The notes under the pieces were generated by a model. It saw nothing but the letters and a program-made list of their open reading frames with translations. It was not told where the DNA came from and did no database searches. From NCBI GenBank assembly GCA_903861945.1, contig CAIOWM010000156.1, positions 27,198 to 91,197 on the forward strand: 64,000 nt of DNA, written 5' to 3'. The DNA comes from an uncultured Archangium sp. GTDB lineage: Bacteria; Myxococcota; Myxococcia; Myxococcales; Myxococcaceae. Made by a program: the position numbers and the translations under genes. How positions within the stretch are numbered: position 1 is the first letter of the stretch; every line of letters starts with the position of its first letter. Positions 27,457 to 40,360 of this stretch are shown piece after piece.

Positions 27457-27752
27457 CCCAACCAATCATTCTCTCTTGGAAGGAAGATCCACGGGTCACC
27501 GATCGCAGGGTAGAGCCCACACGTGCTCGCCGGCGTGCGCACGTAGACCACGGATGCGACTTCTCCCTTGTGCACCCTCGTTACGCGAATTCGATAGATG
27601 TAATCCGTGTAGTTCGACTCAAACGGATCGTTTTCGCTCACTCCTTCGAAGGCAACGGAGCTGCTCGCGAGCGCATGCGCGAAGCCCGCCCATCCGCAGG
27701 TACATGCAAGCGCGCTAGAACTCCAGAAGACCGCCATCGCCACCCAACGCAT
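27267..27752 (-). CDS. Small secreted, C-terminally membrane-anchored protein with atypical codon usage
   Basis: Start MRWVAMAVFWSSSALACTCGWAG, a signal peptide. The mature domain runs ...NYTDYIYRIRVTRVHKGEV...CGLYPAIGDPWIF...CDGSTAL. The C-terminal TM plus basic tail is PLLVVSASLVGVVLVAISWGIIKRRRARR. Many A/T-ending codons (aat tcg ata gat gta) are unusual for this window. Confidence 0.6.
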   Translation of the reverse strand: MRWVAMAVFWSSSALACTCGWAGFAHALASSSVAFEGVSENDPFESNYTDYIYRIRVTRVHKGEVASVVYVRTPASTCGLYPAIGDPWIFLPRENDWLGYRTAGCDGSTALSDLSPAERALLGAGYAPLSSPPLLVVSASLVGVVLVAISWGIIKRRRARR

Positions 27753-28226
27753 GCCGCGCTTATAGCCCAGCTGTTCCGGCGACCGGCTTGACCGAGGACG
27801 GGTAGCGCGGCGACGGCTCACGTGGGCCGCTAAGCCCTGTCAGGACATCAAGCGAGCCCTGCATCACGGTCCGCATGAGTCAGCAGCCCGCCCACTGCGT
27901 TGTTGGCATCCACGTGCTCACAACTGACAGTTCACAAGATGGAAGCTCAAGGGTGGAGCGGCGACCGCCGGTGATCGCGATCCCGCCAGAGGGCGCTCGG
28001 CTTCGCGCCCCTGAACCTCTTGCCCTCGATGGCGATGACCTCGGCGTGACGCCCTCGTCGCCCTCAGCCGCACCATCAACGCCTGCATTCATGCTCCCGC
28101 CTCGAGGTGATGTCGCGCCCGCGCCGTTGAGTTGAGCGCTCGCTCACGACTGCCCCTGCGCGTGATAGCGAGGCCCGCGCAATCAGTTCGGTGGCGAGGC
28201 GTTGAGCGGGCCAGGGGGAAGTACCG

Positions 28227-30821
28227 GTGCGAGTTCGGGCGTGGGTGGTGGGGCTGATGGTGTTGGGGACATTCGCGGTCGCGCAGGAAGAACTGCGTCC
28301 GGTGCTGGTGGTGCCATCATTGGCGGCGTGGCCCCAGGACGCGGGCCTCGCCTTCGGCGACGTGGAGTTGCTCCTCACCCTCGACGAGCACGGCGCCGTC
28401 ACCGACGTGCAGGTCGCGTCGTCACCCGGTGAGGCGTTCACCGCCGCGGCCTTGACCGCTGCGCGCGGCCTCGTCTTCGAGCCCATGCGGCACGACGGCG
28501 GCGTGGTGGGCGCGGTGCTCGCGTATCGCTACCACTTCGCGCCTCCCTCGGACGCGGGCGTGGCGACGCCGACGGGGCGGCTGCGCGGCACGGTGACCAC
28601 GAAGGGCTCGCGCGACGTGGTGGCGTTGGCCCAGCTCGCGCTGGAAGACGGAGGCGTCACGCTCGCCGAGACCGACGCGCAGGGGCACTTCAGCTTCGAG
28701 GTGCCGGCCGGGACTTTCCGGGTGGCGGTCACCGCGTCAGGCCACGTGAAGCGCGTCTTCCCGGAGACGCTCGACGCAGGCCAGCAGGTCGAGGTGCACT
28801 ACCGCCTCGAGCCCACCTTCGCCCGGCCGTACGAGACCGTGGTGCGCGCCCAGGCCGATCGCAGCGAGCTCTCCCGGGTCACGCTCAGCGGGGCGGAGTT
28901 GGCAGAAGTGGCCGGCACCGGCGGACAGCCGCTGCGCGTGGTGATGCTGCTCCCGGGGGTGGTGACGCCCGCGACGGGGCTGAGCTACCCGATGGTGCGC
29001 GGCTCGCTGCCGGCAGCGACGGGCTTCTTCCTCGACGGCGTGCGCATGCCGCAGCTCTACCACCTGATGGTCGGCAACTCGGTGGTGCACCCGGAGTTCA
29101 TCGAGAGCCTCGACTTCTTCCCGGCCAACGCGCCCACGCGGTACGGGCGCATCTCTGGCGGGGTGGTCGCGGCGCAGGTGGCCCGGGCGCGCGATGACCG
29201 GGTGCACGTGAGCATCGCGGCCGACTTGCTGCAGTCCAACGCCTTCGTCGAGGTGCCCATCGCGTCGACCGGCACCAACATCACGCTGGCCGGGAGCGTC
29301 AACTACGCAGGCTGGCTGCTGGGCGCGCTCGCCGCCGCGGACGTCTTCAGGGGCGTCAAGCCGATCTTCGAGTCGTACGACTACCAGGCGCGGGTCGAAC
29401 AGAAGGTCGGGCGCGGGAGCCTCCGGCTGCTCGCGTTCGGCTCCAGCGACTACGGCGGCATGCGCGACCACTCCGATGAAATGCACGGCGTCAGCATCCT
29501 CGGGACCTCGCGCTTTCACCGCGTCGACCTGCGCGCGCAATACCCCATCGGGCCCGGAGTCCTCGAAGCGGGCTCCTGGCTCGGGTGGGAGACGATGGGC
29601 ATGTCGCTGGGCTCCGGCGCCCAGGACTACGCCTTCAAGCTCGATCGGTTCCTGTGGACGGGGCGGATCAACTACCGGCTCGAGCTCGGCGAGCACCTGC
29701 AGCTCAAGGCGGGCTTCGACTTCGAGCGGCAGGTCTCTGAAGTGGAGAACACCGCCGGCATCGGCAGCGCGGACCTCCTCAAGCAGCCGAAGGTGATGGG
29801 CGTCTTCACCGGCTCGTTCATCGAAGCCGCGTTCTTCTCGAAACAATGGACGGTGGTGGCGGGCGTGCGGGTCGACACCTGGCATCTGCCTCCCGACTTC
29901 ACGCTCGCCTCCGTGGATCCTCGGCTCGACGTGCGGTTCAAGCCCATCGAAGCGCTCACGTTGCGAGGGACCGCGGGCCTCGCCCACCAGGCGCCCATGT
30001 TGCTCATCTCCTTGCCAATCTCGGACACCGCGGCGCTGCGCGATGGGCTGCAAAAGGTCGGGCAGTTCAGCCTGGGCGCAGTGGGGACGTTGCCCGGCGT
30101 CGGTCTCGAGATCTCCGGCGACGTCTTCTACAACCACCTCTTCCAGGCCCGCGAGCGCAGCCTCATCCAGTTCCTAACGGGTGGCTCGACGCTGGATGAT
30201 CGCCTCTCTGCGAATCGCTGGGGGCGGGCGTACGGCCTCGAGTTGATGGTGCGGTTGCCGCAGCAGGGCCGCCTCTTCGGCTGGCTCTCGTACACCCTGA
30301 TGCGCAGCGAGCGGCTGCGACGGTTCGCGCTCTTCACGCCGGACTTCACCGTGGCCGAGGACACCTCCGCGATGTTGCCGTTCGTGTTCGACCAGACCCA
30401 CACGCTCAACCTGACGCTCGGGTACCAGTTGCCCAAGGGCTATCGCCTCAGCGCGTCGTTCCACTTCAACACCGGGCGGCCCGAGTCGGGGGAGTTCAGC
30501 TCCCGCACCTCGCGGATCGTGGAGAACCCCCAGACTGGCGTCCAGGGCTGGGCCGAAGTGCCACTCAACCAGGTCGATCGACTGCCGGCCTACGCGCGCC
30601 TCGACCTGCGCGCCTCGAAGACCATCACCTTCAGCAACTTCAGCGCAGAGCTGTACCTCGACATTCTCAACACGCTCGGCATCCCGGAGGTCTACGGGTA
30701 CCGCTATGACATCGGACAGGGGTTCGGCCCGAACGGCTTCACCGGACAATCGAATCCAGTGAAGGAGGCCTTCAGCCTTCCCATCGTGCTGCCGACGCTC
30801 GGCGTGAAGGTGGTGTACTGA
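28227..30821 (+). CDS. TonB-dependent-receptor-like outer-membrane beta-barrel protein (Oar-like) with an N-terminal TonB-C-like domain and a carboxypeptidase-regulatory-like domain
   Basis: GTG start gives MRVRAWVVGLMVLGTFAVAQE, a signal peptide. The TonB_C-like segment reads GEAFTAAALTAARGLVFEPMRHDGGVVGAVLAYRYHF. The CarbopepD_reg-like segment reads GRLRGTVTT...GHFSFEVPAGTFRVAVTASGH. A plug-like segment (...LPGVVTP...GGVV...) and a long beta-barrel follow, ending ...LGVKVVY. Confidence 0.8.
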   Translation: MRVRAWVVGLMVLGTFAVAQEELRPVLVVPSLAAWPQDAGLAFGDVELLLTLDEHGAVTDVQVASSPGEAFTAAALTAARGLVFEPMRHDGGVVGAVLAYRYHFAPPSDAGVATPTGRLRGTVTTKGSRDVVALAQLALEDGGVTLAETDAQGHFSFEVPAGTFRVAVTASGHVKRVFPETLDAGQQVEVHYRLEPTFARPYETVVRAQADRSELSRVTLSGAELAEVAGTGGQPLRVVMLLPGVVTPATGLSYPMVRGSLPAATGFFLDGVRMPQLYHLMVGNSVVHPEFIESLDFFPANAPTRYGRISGGVVAAQVARARDDRVHVSIAADLLQSNAFVEVPIASTGTNITLAGSVNYAGWLLGALAAADVFRGVKPIFESYDYQARVEQKVGRGSLRLLAFGSSDYGGMRDHSDEMHGVSILGTSRFHRVDLRAQYPIGPGVLEAGSWLGWETMGMSLGSGAQDYAFKLDRFLWTGRINYRLELGEHLQLKAGFDFERQVSEVENTAGIGSADLLKQPKVMGVFTGSFIEAAFFSKQWTVVAGVRVDTWHLPPDFTLASVDPRLDVRFKPIEALTLRGTAGLAHQAPMLLISLPISDTAALRDGLQKVGQFSLGAVGTLPGVGLEISGDVFYNHLFQARERSLIQFLTGGSTLDDRLSANRWGRAYGLELMVRLPQQGRLFGWLSYTLMRSERLRRFALFTPDFTVAEDTSAMLPFVFDQTHTLNLTLGYQLPKGYRLSASFHFNTGRPESGEFSSRTSRIVENPQTGVQGWAEVPLNQVDRLPAYARLDLRASKTITFSNFSAELYLDILNTLGIPEVYGYRYDIGQGFGPNGFTGQSNPVKEAFSLPIVLPTLGVKVVY

Positions 30822-31966
30822 TGTGGCGCTTCGTGGTGCTCACCCTCGCGTGTGCTGCCTGCACGAACCCCGACGACATCCTTGCAGCGCACGGCTCTGT
30901 CTCGTCTGTGGATCCAGTCGATGGCCAGGTGGTGCGCCTGCTGCTGCACATCGATGAGCACCCCACGTGGTTTCTGGTGGGCGAGCTCGACTCACTGCCC
31001 ACGCCCTTGAAGGAGACGCGCGCCGACGCCGAAGGAAAGTTCGGCTTCGAAGTGTTTCGGGTGGAGACGCGACGCGCGCGCTGGTTCCGGGTCGAGACCA
31101 CCTTCCCCTCGGGAAGCGACGCCTGGTCAGACCTGGACTTCTACGGCCCCGAGACCCGGCTGCCGCCGCTGCTCGACTGGCGAGCCGCGCCGTCACTCGA
31201 TGGGGGCGTACTGCACTTCGACCCGCCCGTTCCCTGGCCGGACGAGCTGACCCCGGGAGTCGAGCTCACCCACCGCGAGCAACTGGTGACGTCCGACGGC
31301 GGCCTGGCGTGGCAGGCGGAGGATCGCTTTCAAGTCCCCGACGAGAGCGCCGAGTACCCGGGTTCTTACCAACTCGCCCGCGAGCCTCTCGTGATGGATG
31401 AACTTCGTCTCGAGGACTTCGAGGGAACGCTGAGCCTGAGCGCGTACCTCCTGGATCCCAATCAGGATGCTGCGTTCCTCTTTTCCGGAGTGCTTCCGAG
31501 CCGAATGAGGGCGGCCGAGCGACTGGCGCTGCGAGGCACTCGCGTCCCGCTGAGCCGGGGGCTCGAGTGCCCTGAGCTGGCCACGCCGTGTCCGCTGACG
31601 GACGGTGCGCTCACCGAGGTCGACGCAGGGATGATCGACGCGGTGTCGTTCAAGCTGGCCACGCCCGCGGTCGTCTCGGCCGTGGTGCTGCGCGGTGCCT
31701 GGGTTGGGGATGATCTGATCCGCGTGGTGCTCGCGCAGGACGACGGAGGCATCGGAGGGGCGTTCACGGGCACGGTGCGGAATGGAGACCTGGGTGCCTT
31801 TGGGAGCGGCGGCTCGCCCCAGATGCGGCTTCAGGACGGTGGGTGGGGTCAACTCAAGCTCACCTACCTGGTCATTCCGCTCGACGCGGGCACGCCGACG
31901 TCGAGGGTGACGCTGGAGTTCCCCGGCGGGCTGGCGCGGATCCAGGAAGTGTCTGTGTTCGAGTGA
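30821..31966 (+). CDS. Lipoprotein co-transcribed with the TonB-dependent receptor
   Basis: The ATG overlaps the receptor TGA as TGATG. The N-terminus is MWRFVVLTLACAAC, a lipobox. 381 aa, no known motifs. Confidence 0.7.
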   Translation: MWRFVVLTLACAACTNPDDILAAHGSVSSVDPVDGQVVRLLLHIDEHPTWFLVGELDSLPTPLKETRADAEGKFGFEVFRVETRRARWFRVETTFPSGSDAWSDLDFYGPETRLPPLLDWRAAPSLDGGVLHFDPPVPWPDELTPGVELTHREQLVTSDGGLAWQAEDRFQVPDESAEYPGSYQLAREPLVMDELRLEDFEGTLSLSAYLLDPNQDAAFLFSGVLPSRMRAAERLALRGTRVPLSRGLECPELATPCPLTDGALTEVDAGMIDAVSFKLATPAVVSAVVLRGAWVGDDLIRVVLAQDDGGIGGAFTGTVRNGDLGAFGSGGSPQMRLQDGGWGQLKLTYLVIPLDAGTPTSRVTLEFPGGLARIQEVSVFE

Positions 31967-32017
31967 GGTCGAGCCAGACGGCGCTTGACCTCCCCGGGGG
32001 CGACGCTACGAAGCTGG

Positions 32018-34990
32018 ATGCGCCTGAAGCTGACCTTGCTGGTCTCGATCGCGGTTCTCGGGGTGTCTCGACTCAGCCACGCCGCGAGTGCTGCAGACGT
32101 CGCGGCCGCCGCCGGCTCCGAGGCGAGGTCTGCGCAAGCGCACGCCGCCGGCAACGACCCGCTCGCCATCGACGAGATGCAGGCGGCGTACAACCTCGAC
32201 CCCACGGCCGCGCGGCTCTGGAGGCTCGCCGAACTCCGCGGGGCCACCAATCGCCCCGTCGCCGGCAAGCTTCACCAACAACTGGTGGAGCAGTTCCCCG
32301 CGTCGAAAGAGCGGTCGCTGGCGGAGTTCAAGCTCAAGCTGGAACAGCGCCTCGCGGAAAAAGGCAACCGGCCCGCACGCTGCGCCAACCCGGCGGCCTG
32401 TGGTGCGCTGGCCGAAGACATCCTCCGCGGCCGCAATGGGCAGGCGCAGAACGTGACGAAGGCGCGGACCATGTCGTTGGCGGCGTGCACCGCGGGCGAC
32501 GGGCCCAGCTGCGTACGCGCCGGCCGGCTCGTCGACCTCATCGGTGACCCGGCCGCGTCCCTGACGCTCTACCAGGCCGGCTGCGCGCTCAACGACCCCG
32601 ACAGCTGCGGGGCCTGGGGCCTCGGCCTCGCGGAACGTCCCGTCAGCGCTGCCGGCACCGAGGCGCTCGAGGTGCTCGAGAAGAAGTGCGCCGCTGACCC
32701 GCGCACCTGCGTGGGCTTTGGCGCGCTGCGCTCGGTCGACTACGGCGCGTCGAAGAAGGACCCGGAGCTGGCGCTGACCTCGTATCAACAGTCGTGCGAG
32801 GCAAAGGTCGACTACGGCTGCCTGCAGTACGGGACGGCGCTGATCAACAGCGGCAAGAAGACAGCGCGCGCCCAGGGTCTCGAAGTGCTCAAGCAGAGCT
32901 GCGCGCTCGACGGGCGCTTCAGCTGCAAGGTGGCCGCGCTGGTGACCGACCGCCAGGACAAGGTCGCGGCCCGCGCCCTCTTCGAGACCGCCTGCGAGCG
33001 AGGCGACGTGGCCCTGTGCACGTACACCGCGTCTTCCGACCTCGCCTCGACGGACGAGGCGGTGCGCAAGGTGGCCATCACCACCCTCGAGCGGCTGTGT
33101 GCCTCCGACGGCTCGGCGTGCATCCTGGCGGCCGGCTACGACAAGGGGCAAGGCGACCTGAAGGCCGCCGCGGCCGCGGCCGACAATGGCTGTCTCCTCC
33201 GGGACCCGGCGTCGTGCGAGACCATCGGCGTGTGGCTGGGCAACGGCACCGGCATCCCCCAGGACGACGTGCGCGCGATGTCGGTCAACCGCCTCAGCTG
33301 TGAGGACTTCCACCGTCCGGTCAGTTGCTTCTTGCTGGCCGAGGCGACGTTGAAGGCCCGCGCGGCGCGCGCGAAGGCGGGCCAACCCGAGCAGGGCGCG
33401 GGTGAAATCACGCTGGCGGAGATCACCACCTCCGTCGACGCGACGTGCGCCGCCGGCAAGATGCGCCGCGCCTGCGTGGCCGCCGGCGAGGTGCACACGA
33501 GCCAGGCCCTCGGCCCCAGCCGCAAGGAGGAGCTCACGCGCGCCTTCGAGGCGTACGGCAAGGCGTGCACCCTGGGCGCCGAGGAGGCCTGCGCCCTGCG
33601 TGACCAGGCGAAGGTCGCCGCCGCCGCGGTGGTCGCCGAGAAGCCGGTGGAGAAGCCGGCGGAGAAACCGGCCGCGGTGCCGAAGCGACCGCGCATCGCG
33701 CTGCCAGACCCCCTGGCCCCTTTCCCCTGTCCGCTGGAGGATGACGCCAAGGCGTGCGCCGCTCACGACAAGTGCATGGCGGCGACGGCGGCCGACGAGC
33801 TGAAGATGGGCACCGGCGTCTGCTTTGCCAGCGGCATCGAGCTGACGATGGGCGTGCTGCGGCTGCACCGCGGAGATTTCCGCGGGCTGTCGGGCACCGA
33901 GCTCGACGACCGGATGGCGGCCCTCGAGCCCGCGCGCGCCAAGATGAACCAGCGTTACCTGGCCCGCGGCTGTGCGCTCGGGAGCCTCTCCGCCTGTGAG
34001 AAGTTCGGCCTGCTCGAGACCAACGGCGCGCTGTCCCTGCAGATCCTCGGCGACGGCTGCGACGTGGCAACGGCACGGCTCGCGCAGGAAGTGGCCGACG
34101 GCCAGCCGTCGCCGTGGACCCGGGATCGAGCCAGCACCCTGTGCGAGGCGCGAGACCAGGCCGACCGGCGCCTCAACAAGCCCGTGGCCGTGCTGAAGAA
34201 CGAGCACGTCGCGGAGACCCTGCGGTTGCTGGCCACGAAGAAGACCTTGAAGGGCGCCAACCTCGCCAACAAGCTGCTCGAAGGCATCGACCTCACCGGG
34301 GTCGACCTGAGCGGGGCCAACTTGAGCGGGGCGAAGCTGAGCAAGGCGAAGCTCGGCAACGTCGATCTCCGCGGCGCCACGCTCGACAAGGCAGACCTGG
34401 AGGACGCCTTCCTGCGAGGCGCGAAGCTCGCCGGGGTCAAGGCCCGCGGCACGTCCATCAACCTCTACGGCACCGGGCTGGTGAGCGACGCCGACTTCAC
34501 CGGCGCCAACATCTTCGGAGATCTCTCCGCGGGCACCTTCGAGAACGTCAACTTCTCCAGGGCCAACTTCGGACAGACCGCGGACCTGCACGGCGTCGAT
34601 TTGCGCAAGACCAACATCGACGGCGCGCGGTTCGACAACTCCAACCTGAGCGACGTGAACCTGTCGTCGATGAGCATCGCCAGCGCCAGCTTCCTCATGG
34701 CCAACATGTTTCGCGCGAACCTGGCCGGCACCACCCTGATCGAGGTGCGGCTCGAGAAGGCCAGCCTGATGAGCGCCAACCTCAAGGGCGCCACGTTCAC
34801 CAAGGTCAACGCGGCGAGCGTGCGCTTCGACGAGGCCGACCTCACCGGCGCCCGGTGGACCGACGTCAACGCAGACGGCGCCGACTTCGAGAAGGCGAAG
34901 ACCTCGGGGGCGCGCTTCAAGGACGTCAACCTGTGCGGGGCGCGGACCACCGGCACGGTGTTCTCCTGCGAACACTGCAAGTGCGGCTGA
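32018..34990 (+). CDS. Secreted protein with ~12 Cys-pair Sel1-like helical repeats and a C-terminal pentapeptide-repeat domain
   Basis: Signal peptide: MRLKLTLLVSIAVLGVSRLSHAASA. Repeats of C-x(6-8)-C follow, ~35 aa apart (ACTAGDGPSCVRAG, AGCALNDPDSCGAWG, KKCAADPRTCVGFG, QSCEAKVDYGCLQYG ...). The C-terminal 250 aa are A(N/D)LxG pentapeptide repeats (ANLSGAKLSKAKLGNVDLRGATLDKADL...). Confidence 0.8.
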   Translation: MRLKLTLLVSIAVLGVSRLSHAASAADVAAAAGSEARSAQAHAAGNDPLAIDEMQAAYNLDPTAARLWRLAELRGATNRPVAGKLHQQLVEQFPASKERSLAEFKLKLEQRLAEKGNRPARCANPAACGALAEDILRGRNGQAQNVTKARTMSLAACTAGDGPSCVRAGRLVDLIGDPAASLTLYQAGCALNDPDSCGAWGLGLAERPVSAAGTEALEVLEKKCAADPRTCVGFGALRSVDYGASKKDPELALTSYQQSCEAKVDYGCLQYGTALINSGKKTARAQGLEVLKQSCALDGRFSCKVAALVTDRQDKVAARALFETACERGDVALCTYTASSDLASTDEAVRKVAITTLERLCASDGSACILAAGYDKGQGDLKAAAAAADNGCLLRDPASCETIGVWLGNGTGIPQDDVRAMSVNRLSCEDFHRPVSCFLLAEATLKARAARAKAGQPEQGAGEITLAEITTSVDATCAAGKMRRACVAAGEVHTSQALGPSRKEELTRAFEAYGKACTLGAEEACALRDQAKVAAAAVVAEKPVEKPAEKPAAVPKRPRIALPDPLAPFPCPLEDDAKACAAHDKCMAATAADELKMGTGVCFASGIELTMGVLRLHRGDFRGLSGTELDDRMAALEPARAKMNQRYLARGCALGSLSACEKFGLLETNGALSLQILGDGCDVATARLAQEVADGQPSPWTRDRASTLCEARDQADRRLNKPVAVLKNEHVAETLRLLATKKTLKGANLANKLLEGIDLTGVDLSGANLSGAKLSKAKLGNVDLRGATLDKADLEDAFLRGAKLAGVKARGTSINLYGTGLVSDADFTGANIFGDLSAGTFENVNFSRANFGQTADLHGVDLRKTNIDGARFDNSNLSDVNLSSMSIASASFLMANMFRANLAGTTLIEVRLEKASLMSANLKGATFTKVNAASVRFDEADLTGARWTDVNADGADFEKAKTSGARFKDVNLCGARTTGTVFSCEHCKCG

Positions 34991-35049
34991 AGAAGGCGGC
35001 CTCGCGCGGTACTGAACATTTTGTCAGTCCCTCGGGGTAGAAGGGCCCG

Positions 35050-39198
<4,149 letters not shown>

Positions 39199-39232
39199 GG
39201 CGCCGGTCTCCCAAAGGTGCCAGAGGGCGCGC

Positions 39233-39628
39233 ATGAACCTCGAGATGCTCAGCCGGCGCGGGCTGCAGGTCACCGGCGTGCTGCAGACCGTCACCGCCCT
39301 GGTCGCGGTCTTCGCCCCCGACCTCTTCGGCGCCCTGTTCCACGGGCGCCCGCTCTCCACCGACCCGCTGGTGCTGCGCCTGCACGTGATGGTGTGGCTC
39401 TTCGTGTTCGCCCTGGGCCTCGCCTGGGCCCACGCCGGCTGGAGCCCCGGCCTGCAGCGCTCGGTGCTGCTGGCGGCCGGCCTGGGCAAGGGGGTCGCGG
39501 TGGGGGTGTGGCTGGAGATGCTGGCCCAGCACCTGGGCACGCCGCTGCTGTGGGGCGCCATCAGCTTCGATGGCGCGTTGAGCGCGCTGTTCTGCGTCAC
39601 CTTCGTCAAGACCTCGGGGCGGAGCTGA
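39233..39628 (+). CDS. Small integral membrane protein
   Basis: MNLEMLSRRGLQVTGVLQTVTALVAVFAPDLF...VMVWLFVFALGLAWAHAGW...LLAAGLGKGVAVGVWL. Three or four predicted TM helices. Confidence 0.6.
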   Translation: MNLEMLSRRGLQVTGVLQTVTALVAVFAPDLFGALFHGRPLSTDPLVLRLHVMVWLFVFALGLAWAHAGWSPGLQRSVLLAAGLGKGVAVGVWLEMLAQHLGTPLLWGAISFDGALSALFCVTFVKTSGRS

Positions 39629-39640
39629 TACAGCCCGGCC

Positions 39641-40336
39641 ATGACGTCCGTGCTCTTCGTCCATGGCCTCGAGTCGGGCCCCCGCGGTAGCAAGACCCTG
39701 AACCTCGAGGCCGCCGGCTTCGAGGTGGTGGCCGGCCAGATGCCCTGCGGCCAGAAGCGCGCCCTGCAAGACCCGGTGGCGATCGCGGTGCTCGTCGCCT
39801 CGCTGGCGGCCCTCGTGGGCGGCGCGCTCAACCGCGGGGCCTCGGGCTTCGTCATCGCCGCGGTGAGCCTCGCGGTGCTGCAGCGCTTCGTGCGGCCCGC
39901 GCTCATGCGCCGCATGTTCCACCGCAGCGTCGCGGTGCAGGAGCGGCTGCTGAAGGCCCACCGGGTGGACGTGGTGGTCGGCTCGTCGTTCGGCGGCGCG
40001 GTGGCCCTCGAGCTGCTCAACCGCGGCGCGTGGAAGGGGCCCACCGTGCTGCTGTGCCCCGCGCATCGGCTGGTCGCCGCCCGCGGCTGGAGCCCCTCGC
40101 CCACCCTGCCCCCGGCGCTGGCCGCCCACGTCGTGGTGGTGCACGGCCAGCAAGACGAGACGGTGCCCCCGGCCCACTCGCGTTCGCTGATCAAGGGCAC
40201 GGCCGCCGAGTTGATCGAAGTCAACGATGATCACCGGCTCTCGACCACGGCCACGCCGGAGAACCTCCGCGCGTGGATCCGCAAAGCCACGGGGACAACG
40301 GCCCAAGGAGATGCGAGCTTCCCGCCCGCCGTCTGA
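39641..40336 (+). CDS. Alpha/beta-hydrolase, YqiA-like esterase family
   Basis: The start is MTSVLFVHGLESGPRGSKT. A nucleophile-elbow-like segment is VVVGSSFGGAVALELL. A C-terminal His region is ...VVHGQQDETVPP...DDHRL. Confidence 0.6.
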   Translation: MTSVLFVHGLESGPRGSKTLNLEAAGFEVVAGQMPCGQKRALQDPVAIAVLVASLAALVGGALNRGASGFVIAAVSLAVLQRFVRPALMRRMFHRSVAVQERLLKAHRVDVVVGSSFGGAVALELLNRGAWKGPTVLLCPAHRLVAARGWSPSPTLPPALAAHVVVVHGQQDETVPPAHSRSLIKGTAAELIEVNDDHRLSTTATPENLRAWIRKATGTTAQGDASFPPAV

Positions 40337-40360
40337 CCAACGCAGTCCAAGGGGAAACGA

